64,000 nt of DNA from assembly GCA_040385745.1 (NCBI GenBank), contig JAZKGU010000053.1, positions 10,097 through 74,096 on the forward strand, read 5' to 3'. How positions within the stretch are numbered: the stretch's first letter is position 1; every line of letters starts with the position of its first letter. A model generated the notes under the pieces. That model did no database searches. It saw only the letters and a list, made by a program, of their open reading frames with translations, and was not told where the DNA came from. Below, one piece after another: positions 20,172 to 30,072 of this stretch. Both the position numbers and the translations under genes were made by a program. This DNA comes from Pseudomonadota bacterium. Its GTDB lineage: Bacteria; Pseudomonadota; Gammaproteobacteria; Burkholderiales; Burkholderiaceae_D.

Positions 20172-21320
20172 ATGCTGCGCAAAACACTTGTGGTCCTTGC
20201 CGTCGCCTCGGCGCTGGTTGCCTGTAGTAAGGATGGTAAGGGTCCCGCCGCCGGCAAGGATGCCAAGGCTGACAAGCCGGCGGTCCAGTTGACGGTTTCT
20301 CCGGAAGACATCATCACCGTCCAGACCAGTTCAGTCTCATCGGGGCCAGTGGTCACCGGTTCGATCCAGCCGGAACGGCGCGCCGATCTGCGCGCTGAAG
20401 TCTCGGCCGTGGTCCTGCAGGTGCTCAAGGAAAATGGCGACCCGGTGAAACGGGGTGATGTCATTGTCAAGCTTGATGAAACGGCCATCCGTGACAGCCT
20501 CAGCTCGGCCGAGGCTTCCGCCCGCGCCGCCGGTCAGGCGCTCGAGAACGCCAACCGCCAGGTCGAGCGCATGAAGACCCTGCGCGCTTCGGGCATGACC
20601 TCGGTTCAGGCCATGGATGACGCGGAAGTGCGCCGCAACACCGCGTCGAGCGAAGTGGCCGCGGCCCGTTCGCGCGCTGCCCTGGCACGCCAGCAGATCG
20701 CCCGCACGCTGGTGCGCGCGCCGTTTGACGGGATTGTCAGCGACCGCAAGGTGTCGGCCGGCGACACCGCGTCGCCGGGCAAGGAATTGGTCAAGGTCAT
20801 CGATCCGTCGAGCATGCGCTTTGAAGGCCGCGTCTCGGCCGACCGCATCGCCGCCGTCAAGGTGGGTCAGTCGGTGAACTTCCGCATTAACGGTTACGCC
20901 AACCAGGAATTCCGCGGCGTGGTCAAGCGTGTCGATCCGGCCGCCAACGAAGTCACACGCCAGGTCGAAGTGCTGGTTGGCTTTGTGCCAGGCTCGACCC
21001 AGCCGCGCGTGTCCGGTCTGTACGGCGAAGGCCGCATCGAAGCCGAAAGCAGCTCGGCGGTCACCTTGCCGGAAGGCGCCGTGGTCAAGGCTGGCGACAA
21101 AGCCTATTCCTGGCGCCTGAAGGGCAATGCACTGAGCAAGGCCGACCTGGTCGTCGGTCCGCGCGACGTACGCACCGGCTTCTATGAAGTACGTAGCGGC
21201 CTGGCGGTGGGCGATGTGGTCCTGCGCAGCCCGAATTCCTCGCTCAAGGATGGCCAGAAAGTGCAGATGGCAGCAGCCAAGGTCGCCAGCACGGCGCCAG
21301 CCGCAGTTCAGGGGAAATAA
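20172..21320 (+). CDS. RND efflux periplasmic adaptor (membrane fusion protein), lipoprotein
   Basis: The track ORF starts at TTG 20166 and an ATG lies at 20172. Lipobox LVAC. HlyD-like coiled-coil and barrel regions. Confidence 0.88.
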   Translation: MLRKTLVVLAVASALVACSKDGKGPAAGKDAKADKPAVQLTVSPEDIITVQTSSVSSGPVVTGSIQPERRADLRAEVSAVVLQVLKENGDPVKRGDVIVKLDETAIRDSLSSAEASARAAGQALENANRQVERMKTLRASGMTSVQAMDDAEVRRNTASSEVAAARSRAALARQQIARTLVRAPFDGIVSDRKVSAGDTASPGKELVKVIDPSSMRFEGRVSADRIAAVKVGQSVNFRINGYANQEFRGVVKRVDPAANEVTRQVEVLVGFVPGSTQPRVSGLYGEGRIEAESSSAVTLPEGAVVKAGDKAYSWRLKGNALSKADLVVGPRDVRTGFYEVRSGLAVGDVVLRSPNSSLKDGQKVQMAAAKVASTAPAAVQGK

Positions 21321-21323
21321 TCC

Positions 21324-24300
21324 ATGTTCTTATCCGACTTCAGTATCAAGCGGCCGATTGCCGCCATCGTCCTGATCCTGGCCATGATGGCGATGGGCCT
21401 GCTGGCCCTGTCCAAGCTGCGCGTGAACCAGAATCCCGACGTCGAAGTACCTTTCATCATCGTCAATATCCCGTACCCAGGCGCGTCGCCTGACACGGTC
21501 GAACGCGAGATCGTCAACCGCATCGAGAAATCGTTCAACAGCATTCCGGGCGTGACGAAGATTGAATCTGGCGCCAACGAGGGCAGTGCCTTCTTCTTCA
21601 TCGAGTTCGGTTTCGACAAGAACCTGATTGAAGGCTCCGATGAAATTCGCAACGCCATTGCGGCGGTCCGCTACAAGCTGCCCACCGAGATGCGCGAACC
21701 GATCCTGCAACGGGCCGATCCGGCGTCCGAACCGGTGATTTCGCTGGCCCTGTCGTCGAGCAGCCAGAAGCACGCAGAGATTTCCCGCATGGCCGAGGAC
21801 GTGATCGCCGACCGCCTGCGCGGGATTGACGGCGTGTCCACGGTCAACGTGGGCGGCGCGCTCAAACGCGAACTGTCGGTCTTGCTGCGCGCGGCCAAGC
21901 TGCGCGAGTACAACGTGTCGGTCGGCGAAGTGGTGCAGGCGCTGCGCGCCCAGAACACCAATGCCCCGGTCGGCAAGGTGCGCGGCAGCCTCGACGAAAA
22001 GAGTATCCGCCTGGTGGGTCGCATCGAAACGCCCGAGGAATTCCAGCAAATCGTGGTCAAGCGCCGCGGCGACGAAATCGTGCGCCTGGCTCAAGTGGCG
22101 GAAATTCAGGATGGCTTTGCTGAAATTAACAGCCTGTCGATTCGTAGCGGCAAGCCGAACGTGGGTATCTCGGTCAACCGCGCCAAGGATGCCAGTACCG
22201 TTACGGTGGCCAACAAAGTCAAGGCAGAAGTTAAGTTGATCGAGAAGGAGCTGCAAGCCGGCACCAAGCTCGAAGTCATCGACGACGGCGGCGACCGTTC
22301 ACAGCGCAGCCTGAACAATGTGATCGAGTCGCTGGTGTTTGGCGCGATCCTCACCATTTTCGTGGTGTATGCCTTCCTCAACTCGTGGCGCTCTACCCTG
22401 ATCACCGCGCTGTCCTTGCCCACATCAGTCATCGCGGCCTTCATCGCGGTCTGGCTGTGCGGCTTCACGCTCAACTTCATGACGCTACTGGGTCTGTCCC
22501 TTGCCATCGGCGTACTGATTGACGATGCGATCGTGGTGCGGGAAAACATTGTGCGTCACATGGAACGCGGTTCCGACCGCCGTACCGCCGCCCTGGAAGG
22601 CACTGCCGAAATCGGCATGGCCGTGGCAGCGACGACTTTTTCGATCATTGCCGTGTTTATTCCGGTTGCCTTCATGCCGGGTATTTCCGGCGAATGGTTC
22701 CGTCCGTTCGCATTGACCGTGACGTGCTCGGTGCTGGTGTCGCTGGTCATTTCCTTCACGCTCGATCCGATGCTGTCGGCCTATTGGGGTGACCCGATCG
22801 ACCATCACAAGATTCCTAAGAAGGGCCTGAGCCGCGTGCTCGAGCGCTTCAATGTGTGGTTCGATCACCAGGCCGACCGGTACGGCAATGTAATTGCCTG
22901 GGCTTTGCATCACCGCATCTGGATGGGCATCCTGGCTTTTTCCGCCTTCGTCGGCGCGATTGTCTTGCAAGGCACTTTGGGCGGCTCGGACTTCCTGCCG
23001 AAATCGGACGCAGGCATGGTGGTGATCACCGTGCGCACGCCGGCCTCGTCGAGCGTGGAATACTCGCGCCTGAAGATGGAGGCGGCAGCCGAAATCGCGC
23101 GCACCATTCCCGAAGTCAAGGACACCAGCAGCCGGATCGACGCCAACGGCGGCCGGGTGCGCGTTGATATCGGCAAGCGCAACACCCGTAGTCGCAGCGC
23201 CAAGGAAATCGCAGTGGAGTTGCGTGAAAAGATACGGACCCTGGTGGGCGCCGAGTTCGTGGTGCTGGATGACCTGAATAATGGAGCCCGCAAGCCGATC
23301 CAGATCGAATTCACCGGTCCGGATTCGCGCAAACTGCTCGAGATCGCCAACGCTTTCATGGACAAACTGCGCGAAATCCCGGGTGCTGTCGACGTCGGCC
23401 TGTCGGAGCAGGATCCGAAGAACGAACTGAAAATTGAAATGAACCGCGGCCTGGCCAATTCCATGGGCATTTCCGTCAACGATGCTGCGCAGTCGCTGCG
23501 CGTAGCCTTTGCCGGGGTGGAAGTGGGCGATTGGGTCGATCCGACTGGCGAATCGCGCGACGTGGCCGTGCGCCTGCATCCGGAAGACCGGGTCAACGCC
23601 GAGAACATCGAACGTTTGCCGATTGCCATCGCTGGCACCAATGAGATGGTCCCGCTCGACCAGATTGCTACCATTTCCATGGGCAAAGGTCCATCGGGCA
23701 TTCAGCACACCAACGGCAAGCGCTCGATTGCGGTGTCGGCCAATGCACAAGGCCGCTCCAGCGGCGAAGTGACGCAGGATGCGATGAAGCTGGCCAATTC
23801 CTTCGACTTCCCGCCGGGCTACGGTCTGGAACTGGGCGGCTCGGGTCAGGACCAGAAGGAACTGTTTACCTCCATGGTCATTGCGCTGCTGTCGGGTATC
23901 GGCCTGATGTACTTGATTCTGGTGATTCAGTTCGGTTCGTTCACCGCGCCACTGGCGGTGATGATTTCGCTGCCACTGTCCCTCATCGGCGTCGTTCTGG
24001 CGCTGCTGATGACTGGCAACACGCTCAATTTGATGAGCATGATCGGCATCATTATGCTGATGGGCCTGGTCGCGAAAAACGCCATCCTGCTGCTCGATGC
24101 AGCGCGCCGGCGTGAGGCCGAAGGCATTTCGCGCGAGGACGCACTGATGGATGCCGGCCGTATGCGCCTGCGTCCGATTCTGATGACGACCTTCGCGCTG
24201 ATCGCCGGTATGTTCCCGGTTGCGCTCGGGTTGGGCGAGGGCGGCGAGTTCTACCGTCCACTGGCCATCGCCATCATTGGCGGTACCATCACCTCGACTA

Positions 24301-24563
24301 TCCTGACCTTGCTGGTGGTGCCAACGTTCTACGACAGTATCGAAATCAAGCGTGACAGCATGGCGCTCAAGTTCCATCAGCGCAGCGCGCGTTTCGGCGG
24401 CTTCCTCGCTTTCCTGATGACTTTTGTCGAAGTGCTGCTGTTCCTGACGTTTATTCGCTTTATCTACCGCTGCATCATGTGGGTAGTTGGCGCTGCAACC
24501 GGGCGCAATCGCCGCCCGGCAAAGCTGGTCACGCCAACCCGTGTGGCGCTCGACAAGCAATAA
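21324..24563 (+). CDS. RND efflux permease (AcrB/HAE family)
   Basis: 1079 aa. [13 protein letters not shown]-terminus, 12-TM architecture and two large periplasmic loops. Extra hydrophobic/basic C-terminal tail. Confidence 0.92.
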   Translation: MFLSDFSIKRPIAAIVLILAMMAMGLLALSKLRVNQNPDVEVPFIIVNIPYPGASPDTVEREIVNRIEKSFNSIPGVTKIESGANEGSAFFFIEFGFDKNLIEGSDEIRNAIAAVRYKLPTEMREPILQRADPASEPVISLALSSSSQKHAEISRMAEDVIADRLRGIDGVSTVNVGGALKRELSVLLRAAKLREYNVSVGEVVQALRAQNTNAPVGKVRGSLDEKSIRLVGRIETPEEFQQIVVKRRGDEIVRLAQVAEIQDGFAEINSLSIRSGKPNVGISVNRAKDASTVTVANKVKAEVKLIEKELQAGTKLEVIDDGGDRSQRSLNNVIESLVFGAILTIFVVYAFLNSWRSTLITALSLPTSVIAAFIAVWLCGFTLNFMTLLGLSLAIGVLIDDAIVVRENIVRHMERGSDRRTAALEGTAEIGMAVAATTFSIIAVFIPVAFMPGISGEWFRPFALTVTCSVLVSLVISFTLDPMLSAYWGDPIDHHKIPKKGLSRVLERFNVWFDHQADRYGNVIAWALHHRIWMGILAFSAFVGAIVLQGTLGGSDFLPKSDAGMVVITVRTPASSSVEYSRLKMEAAAEIARTIPEVKDTSSRIDANGGRVRVDIGKRNTRSRSAKEIAVELREKIRTLVGAEFVVLDDLNNGARKPIQIEFTGPDSRKLLEIANAFMDKLREIPGAVDVGLSEQDPKNELKIEMNRGLANSMGISVNDAAQSLRVAFAGVEVGDWVDPTGESRDVAVRLHPEDRVNAENIERLPIAIAGTNEMVPLDQIATISMGKGPSGIQHTNGKRSIAVSANAQGRSSGEVTQDAMKLANSFDFPPGYGLELGGSGQDQKELFTSMVIALLSGIGLMYLILVIQFGSFTAPLAVMISLPLSLIGVVLALLMTGNTLNLMSMIGIIMLMGLVAKNAILLLDAARRREAEGISREDALMDAGRMRLRPILMTTFALIAGMFPVALGLGEGGEFYRPLAIAIIGGTITSTILTLLVVPTFYDSIEIKRDSMALKFHQRSARFGGFLAFLMTFVEVLLFLTFIRFIYRCIMWVVGAATGRNRRPAKLVTPTRVALDKQ

Positions 24564-24583
24564 CAGCTAACGCTGAAACATCA

Positions 24584-24616
24584 CAAGGCCCGCGCAAGCG
24601 GGCCTTGTTGTTTGCG
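24584..24616 (+). terminator. Terminator hairpin between convergent RND permease and lipoprotein genes
   Basis: caaggcccgc-gcaa-gcgggccttg followed by ttgtttg. Confidence 0.65.
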
Positions 24617-24633
24617 CGGCCCTGGACGCCGCC

Positions 24634-25161
24634 TTACTTGGTATCTTTGGGTGGCGGGGTAGTGCTGGAGGTGCCGGTACCTGAGGTGCCGGTGCCTGAA
24701 GTACCCGATGTGCCTGAGGTACCCGAGGTGCCTGAGCCGGAGGTGCCTGAAGTACCCGACGTACCCGAAGTACCCGAAGTGCCGCCTGTGCCAGTACCCG
24801 TGCCGCCGGTTCCGGTGCCGGTACCGCCGCTGCCAGTTCCGGTGCCCGTGCCGCCCGTGCCGGTACCAGTGTCGCCTGTGCCGGTGCCTGTACCCGTGCC
24901 CATACCCGTACCGGTACCGCTGGTGCCGGTGCCAGTGCCGGTACCAGCGTCGCCGGTAGCGCCAGTGGTGCCAGTTGCCCCGGTACCGGTGCCGGTGGTG
25001 CCGCCCGTGCCACTGGTGCCCGAGGTGCTGCCTGGCGTGGTAGTGCCGCTTGTGCCGCTGGTGCCTTGTGAGCCGGCGTCATCGCGTTTGCACCCTCCCA
25101 GCATGACAGTCAGCAGTGCTGCGGTCAGCAGGATTTTTGGTGCCGTTGAAAGTGCTTTCAT
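24634..25161 (-). CDS. Gly/Thr/Ser-repeat lipoprotein
   Basis: AGGAG lies 6 nt before the ATG at 25161. Signal peptide plus lipobox (MKALSTAPKILLTAALLTVMLGGC), then ~150 aa of (GT)n/(GTS)n ending in PPPKDTK. Confidence 0.75.
   Translation of the reverse strand: MKALSTAPKILLTAALLTVMLGGCKRDDAGSQGTSGTSGTTTPGSTSGTSGTGGTTGTGTGATGTTGATGDAGTGTGTGTSGTGTGMGTGTGTGTGDTGTGTGGTGTGTGSGGTGTGTGGTGTGTGGTSGTSGTSGTSGTSGSGTSGTSGTSGTSGTGTSGTGTSSTTPPPKDTK
24655..25075. repeat. Degenerate hexanucleotide tandem-repeat tract (GGYRCC-type) inside the lipoprotein gene
   Basis: Long run of ggtgcc/ggtacc/agtgcc units. It is open in several frames on both strands, for example the PV-rich ORF on the plus strand. Confidence 0.85.
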
Positions 25162-25382
25162 AATGTGCTCCTCATTCACGTCAATGGAGTGCCGCCCTGT
25201 TTGGACGACGCAAGTTCAGTCACGCACTTAAACCTGATGCACGAATAAGACTGGAAAAATTAGACGCCCCAGCTCCCACGGGGTTCGTCTTTTTTTGCGA
25301 TTTGAACGTAGAAAGGGCGCTAGGTCTGCGCAATTTGAGCGTGCGCAAAGTGAAGCGGATGGACGCTTGACGTAACTGGCAA

Positions 25383-26303
25383 TTAGCCGCGCGCCATTTG
25401 CTCCATGAGGGATGGAATTTCGTCGGGAATCTCGCGCGCAAGATAGCCGAGCAGCCCAAGGCGTTCAGCCAAATTTTCCCCAGCACGCGCATGCAGCGCG
25501 ACGCCCCAGCAGGTTGCCTGGGCCAGGCCGGCGCCGCGCGCTGCCAGGCCGGTAATAATGCCAGCCAGTACGTCGCCCGATCCCGAGATGGCCAGGCCCA
25601 CGTTGCCGCCCTGATGCTGCCAGGTGCTGCCGTCGGGCGCACTGATGACCGTGCGGGCTCCCTTGAGTGCCACCACGGCGTTCCATGCGCGCGCAGCTTG
25701 CGCCGCTTGGGTATCGCTGTCGGACTGCACCTCGTCCTTGCCGTTGCCGGTCAAGTGCGCCATCTCGCCCGCGTGCGGGGTGACAATTACGGGCTCGTGG
25801 AAACGGAAGGGCGCGGCAGCCCCGTCCAGATCCGGATTGAGGATGATGCCCATCGCGCACGCGTCGAGCACCACGCTGGTTCCTTCCAGGCGCGGCAGCA
25901 GGGCTCGCACCAGCGCCGCCGTCGCCGTTTCGTCCTGCATGCCAGGGCCGATGAGGACGGCATTAACGCGATCAGCCAGGGGTTTGAGTTCGGCAATGGC
26001 TTCGCGCATGAAGCCGCCATCGTCGGTCTCGCGCAGGCCGATCACGCGTGCCTCGGGCATGGCCAGCGCCACCAGATTGGCAACGCTGGCGCCGGTGGCG
26101 ATGGTGAGTTTGCCGGCGCCGGCGCGCAAGGCGGCAGTCGCTGCGAGAATGATTGCGCCCGGCATTTCACGCGAGCCGCCCATGATGAGCACGTGACCGC
26201 GCTGTTCCTTGTCACCCTCGCCGGATGGCATGGGCAAAGGCCAGTCGCGCAGGGCGGCGCTATCGAGCGTAATCATATGCGCATGCGAGACCGGCATTTC
26301 CAT
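25383..26303 (-). CDS. nnrD: ADP-dependent NAD(P)H-hydrate dehydratase (YjeF C-terminal domain only)
   Basis: Has GHVLIMGGSREMPGA and the GGNVGLAISGSGDVLAGII carbohydrate-kinase motif. Start placed after the upstream gene's stop (26317). Alternatives are 26297 and 26276. Confidence 0.8.
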   Translation of the reverse strand: MEMPVSHAHMITLDSAALRDWPLPMPSGEGDKEQRGHVLIMGGSREMPGAIILAATAALRAGAGKLTIATGASVANLVALAMPEARVIGLRETDDGGFMREAIAELKPLADRVNAVLIGPGMQDETATAALVRALLPRLEGTSVVLDACAMGIILNPDLDGAAAPFRFHEPVIVTPHAGEMAHLTGNGKDEVQSDSDTQAAQAARAWNAVVALKGARTVISAPDGSTWQHQGGNVGLAISGSGDVLAGIITGLAARGAGLAQATCWGVALHARAGENLAERLGLLGYLAREIPDEIPSLMEQMARG

Positions 26304-26316
26304 GGGCCCCGGACGC

Positions 26317-27081
26317 CTACGCTTTCGGAGCAGCGGGCACATCTTTTTGTACCGTCACAGGCGTGCCGGCAGCTTCGAGTGGGGCCACGAAATTGGTGAG
26401 GCGAAGCATCAGCTTGCCGTTCTTGCCCTGGGTGGCGTCGAAACCGTAGGAGGTAACCGAGCAGTTGGGCACGTCGCCGGCGCGGTCGAAAGCCAGGATG
26501 CTGGCTTCGTCGAGCCGCTCGAACAGATAGCGAAAGCAGTTCACCGTGACCTGGTGGCCAACGATGAGCACCCGCTCGCCGCAGTACTCGCGGGTAATGG
26601 TGTCGATGATGCTGCGCAGGCGCAAAATGACGTCGCACCAGCTTTCGCCGCCCGGTGGACGGAAATAAAATTTGCCCACATGCTGGCGCTGTTCATATAG
26701 GTCGGGATATTTGTGCGAAATACCGCGCGTCGTCAGGCGGTCGAGGATACCGAACTCCTTCTCGCGCAAGCGCTCGTCGACTTGAATCGCGGCCATTTTC
26801 GGCAAGCCCATTTCCTCGATGATGATGCGCGCTGTTTCGGCCGCGCGCACGTAGGGCGAATGCAGCACCACGTTGGGGCGCTGTTCGGGCGCCAGGCTGG
26901 CGAACCAGCCGCCCAGCGCGTGCGACTGCTCGACGCCTAGCGCCGAGAGGGGCACGTCGACATCGCGCTCGGCGATATCGATCAGCAGGCCGGCGGCGGC
27001 CTCAGCGGCGTCGCGCGCGACATTGCCGGCGCTTTGTCCATGCCGGACCAGCCAGATATCCTGCGGCCATTTTTGCTCCAT
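26317..27081 (-). CDS. Histidine phosphatase (phosphoglycerate mutase) family protein
   Basis: LVRHGQSAGN RHG motif near the N-terminus. Start is either ATG 27081 or GTG 27108. Confidence 0.8.
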   Translation of the reverse strand: MEQKWPQDIWLVRHGQSAGNVARDAAEAAAGLLIDIAERDVDVPLSALGVEQSHALGGWFASLAPEQRPNVVLHSPYVRAAETARIIIEEMGLPKMAAIQVDERLREKEFGILDRLTTRGISHKYPDLYEQRQHVGKFYFRPPGGESWCDVILRLRSIIDTITREYCGERVLIVGHQVTVNCFRYLFERLDEASILAFDRAGDVPNCSVTSYGFDATQGKNGKLMLRLTNFVAPLEAAGTPVTVQKDVPAAPKA

Positions 27082-27157
27082 TGCCCTGTCCGTCTCCCAT
27101 GTTGACACGTAGTCATCATAGTCGGATTTGCGGGTGCATCAGCGCACGATACGGGCC

Positions 27158-28564
27158 TCAGGCGAGCTGGCGTTCGGCGTCCAAGTCGACGACTTCCTTG
27201 CTGTCGAAAACTTGCATATCGGTCTGGCCCATGATGCGGCTGGTGACGGTGCCGGCAGTAATGGAGCCGCTTACATTGAGGGCCGTGCGGCCCATGTCGA
27301 TCAGCGGCTCGATCGAAATCAGCAGGCCCGCCAGCGCAACGGGCAGGTCCATGGCCGAGAGCACGATGAGCGCGGCGAAGGTCGCGCCGCCGCCCACGCC
27401 GGCAATGCCGATGGAGCCGATGGTAATGATGGCAATCAGCGGCACCAGAAAGCTCACTGTTAGTGGATCGATGCCGACGGTGGGCGCGATCATGACCGCG
27501 AGCATGGCCGGGTAGATGCCGGCGCAGCCGTTCTGGCCCATTACCGAGCCGAACGAGGCGGCGAAGTTGGCGATACCTTCGGGCGTGCCGAGGCGATCGG
27601 TCTGGGTCTTGACCGACATGGGAATGGCGCCAGCGCTAGTGCGGGAGGTAAAGGCGAACAGCAGCACCGGTGCGATTTTTTGCACATAGCGCAATGCGTT
27701 GAGCCCGGCGCCGGTAATCAGCAGCAAATGCACGCCGAACATGAGCAGCAAGGCGCTGTAGGATGCCAGCACAAAGGTCAGCAGCTTGAGGATGCTGGCC
27801 ATGCTCGAGCCCGCAACGACTTGGGTCATCAGGGCGAACACGCCGAACGGGGTCAGGCGTAGCACCAGCGTGACCATGCGCATCACGATGGCATGCGCTA
27901 CCTTGATGAAGTGGCTGAAGGAAGCAAACATGTCCGGTTGCTTGGCGGCGATGCCGGTTGCCGAAATGCCGATGAAAATCGAGAACACCACCACGGCAAT
28001 GGTGGATGTCTTGCGCGCGCCAGTCATATCGAGGAAGGGGTTGGCCGGGATAAAGCTGATCAGCATGCTCGGCAGGGAAATCTCGCTGGCGGCCTTGAGA
28101 TTTCCCTGGAGGTACTCGCCACGCGCCACTTCGGCCGCGCTGGACGTCAGTCCGGCGGCATTGAGGTCGAACAGGGTGGCCATCAGAATGCCAATGCCGG
28201 CGGCGATCATGGTGGTGATCATCAGGATGCCGATGGTCAGAGCGCTGATTTTGCCGAGAGAGGAAGCATCCTTGAGCTTCAGAATGGCGGAGATGATCGC
28301 CACCATGATGAGTGGAATGACGATCATCTGCAGCAGTTTCACATAGCCCGTTCCAACGATGTCGAGGTAGGAAATGGTGGCCGCTACGATAGGGGAGGGC
28401 GAGCCGTAGAAGTACTGGAAGGCAGCGCCCAGGACCACGCCCATGCCCAGAGCGGTAAAGACACGCTTGGTGAAGGATAGATGCACGGCTTGCATGCGAT
28501 ACAGCAGGAAGCAGCCTGCGAGCGCAATGACAAGGTTCAGGGTCACAAGCGGATTGAAGATCAT
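27158..28564 (-). CDS. Dicarboxylate/amino acid:cation symporter family transporter (L-cystine transporter-like)
   Basis: Polytopic DAACS-like protein. The ATG at 28564 has a GAGG SD 5 nt upstream, whereas the track start at 28591 has none. Confidence 0.8.
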   Translation of the reverse strand: MIFNPLVTLNLVIALAGCFLLYRMQAVHLSFTKRVFTALGMGVVLGAAFQYFYGSPSPIVAATISYLDIVGTGYVKLLQMIVIPLIMVAIISAILKLKDASSLGKISALTIGILMITTMIAAGIGILMATLFDLNAAGLTSSAAEVARGEYLQGNLKAASEISLPSMLISFIPANPFLDMTGARKTSTIAVVVFSIFIGISATGIAAKQPDMFASFSHFIKVAHAIVMRMVTLVLRLTPFGVFALMTQVVAGSSMASILKLLTFVLASYSALLLMFGVHLLLITGAGLNALRYVQKIAPVLLFAFTSRTSAGAIPMSVKTQTDRLGTPEGIANFAASFGSVMGQNGCAGIYPAMLAVMIAPTVGIDPLTVSFLVPLIAIITIGSIGIAGVGGGATFAALIVLSAMDLPVALAGLLISIEPLIDMGRTALNVSGSITAGTVTSRIMGQTDMQVFDSKEVVDLDAERQLA

Positions 28565-28631
28565 GGATGCCTCGTTCGGGTAGACGGGCATTTTATAGCA
28601 TTAGAGCAAAGGTGCTCGTGGCACCCGTTGT

Positions 28632-29147
28632 TCAGGCAACGAAGCGCAGCGTTCGGGCAAACACGATGGTGCAAACGCCGAAAAACGCAGCGGCAAGGAA
28701 GCCGACACCAGTATGTTCGGTGCGCATGAGCATTAGCAAAGACACTACCGTCAGCACAGCGGAAAACACAACCATGAGCGTCAGGAACGTTTTACCGAAG
28801 TTGCGGTTGCGCGATTTGCGGCGATCCTGGAAACTGCCCGGGACCGGGGTGGATTCCGCCTCCGAGCGCGGCAGGGTGCGGGTAAAGAGCCAGGACAGCA
28901 CGTAGTGGCCGAGCAATGTGGCGAGAATCAAGGCGCCCGACGCAAGGCCGATGCCCTCGTCGGTCATCGATGCGTACACAGCTGTGATCATGGCGAGGTA
29001 GAACACAATCAGTAATACGATGTGGGCGGTGCGCTGGTTTTCGGTGGGTAGATAAGACGGACCGCCCGCGCCGAACGGGCGGAACATGACGCGGCCGTCG
29101 TCGTCCTCGAAATACAGCATGGATGATATTATTTTGACAGGATTCAT
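28632..29147 (-). CDS. Hypothetical membrane protein (about 4 TM)
   Basis: 171 aa with four hydrophobic segments. No family recognised. Confidence 0.5.
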   Translation of the reverse strand: MNPVKIISSMLYFEDDDGRVMFRPFGAGGPSYLPTENQRTAHIVLLIVFYLAMITAVYASMTDEGIGLASGALILATLLGHYVLSWLFTRTLPRSEAESTPVPGSFQDRRKSRNRNFGKTFLTLMVVFSAVLTVVSLLMLMRTEHTGVGFLAAAFFGVCTIVFARTLRFVA

Positions 29148-29236
29148 GTAAGCATCATGCCATTTCGCGGCGCTGCGGTTTGTTCGCTAGGTCGCATAAG
29201 AACCACCATAAATTCAAGCTAAAAATCCCTAAAGAA

Positions 29237-29605
29237 ATGATGAGAAATAACTCTGGCAGCAAGCTGGTCTACTCGACCGAAACGGGCCGAATGTGTCCGG
29301 AATGCCGCGTCGCACTCGATCAATGCGTCTGCAAGGCGAGGGAGAAAGCTGCTGTGCTAGGCAATGGCAACGTCAAGGTGTCGCGCGACACGAAGGGGCG
29401 TGGCGGCAAGTGCGTCACCCTGGTCAAGGGACTGGCGCTGGATCCCGTCGGCCTGGCACAGCTCGGCAAAACGCTGCGGTCAGCATGCGGGTCGGGCGGG
29501 ACCGTCAAGGATGGGGTGATCGAAGTGCAGGGCGATCATTGCGACTTGATCATGGGCGCATTGCAAAAGCTGGGGCACAGTCCGAAGCGTGTCGGGGGCG
29601 GGTAG
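29237..29605 (+). CDS. yciH: Translation initiation factor SUI1/YciH family
   Basis: ATG at 29237 (MMRNNSGSKLVYSTETGRMCPEC...). Has the GRGGKCVTLVKGL SUI1 core. Confidence 0.85.
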   Translation: MMRNNSGSKLVYSTETGRMCPECRVALDQCVCKAREKAAVLGNGNVKVSRDTKGRGGKCVTLVKGLALDPVGLAQLGKTLRSACGSGGTVKDGVIEVQGDHCDLIMGALQKLGHSPKRVGGG

Positions 29606-29863
29606 TTGCAAAGTTGCGCAGCGAGCTTCGACATGCGAGAGCAACTCGCCCGGAACTGGCCTCTTAGCTCTTGCGGCGTGTGCCAAGCTCAGCCGTGACG
29701 ACCGGTCGCCTTTCGAGGCGGTGCTGGCCGATCATCCGAAAAATGGTTGTTCGCTCAACGCGAAATCAGCCGCATGCCTCTGCAGCCTTAAAACGAGTGA
29801 GCATGACGGCTCCATGTCTGTGTGCAGTTCCTGTCGAAGCGTTATCTGCGCATCCCATCGCAC

Positions 29864-29900
29864 AAACAAAAAAAGCAGTTACGATCACTCGTAACTGCTT
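29864..29900 (-). terminator. Rho-independent terminator downstream of tRNA-Lys
   Basis: The minus strand reads aagcagttacgagtgatcgtaactgctt followed by tttttgtttg. Confidence 0.7.
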
Positions 29901-29922
29901 CATTTTGCTTACTGCGCATTCG

Positions 29923-29998
29923 TGGTAGGCCGTGCGGGATTCGAACCTGCGACCAACGGATTAAAAGTCCGCTGCTCTACCAGCTGAGCTAACGACCC
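29923..29998 (-). tRNA. tRNA-Lys (anticodon UUU)
   Basis: Revcomp: GGGTCGTTAGCTCAGCTGGTAGAGCAGCGGACTTTTAATCCGTTGGTCGCAGGTTCGAATCCCGCACGGCCTACCA. Cloverleaf is consistent, the anticodon loop is CTTTTAA, and the T-loop is GGTTCGAATCC. Confidence 0.95.
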
Positions 29999-30072
29999 GA
30001 AAGAAGCAAGATTATAGGGGCTTGGACCGTTCCTGTCAAATGTCCAACCCCACTATTTTTTGTTTTTTCCGA

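Noticed and set aside
24655-25075. Regular short repeats that might suggest a CRISPR array.
   Set aside because: The period is 6 nt with no spacers of unique sequence, it lies inside a coding frame, and there are no cas genes in the window.
24479-25231. 250-aa plus-strand ORF with long PVPVP/PEVPEV repeats, and the 171-aa minus-frame ORF 24567-25082.
   Set aside because: These are alternative readings of the hexanucleotide repeat tract. Only the minus-strand frame starting at 25161 has an SD plus a signal peptide and lipobox. The plus ORF would also overlap the RND permease 3' end.
25262-25296. Hairpin agacgcccc...ggggttcgtct followed by a T7 run on the plus strand, suggesting an orphan plus-strand terminator or sRNA.
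   Set aside because: The stem is imperfect and no plus-strand gene or promoter precedes it. It is more simply read as the minus-strand terminator region downstream of nnrD (followed by aattttt), so I did not list it as a feature.
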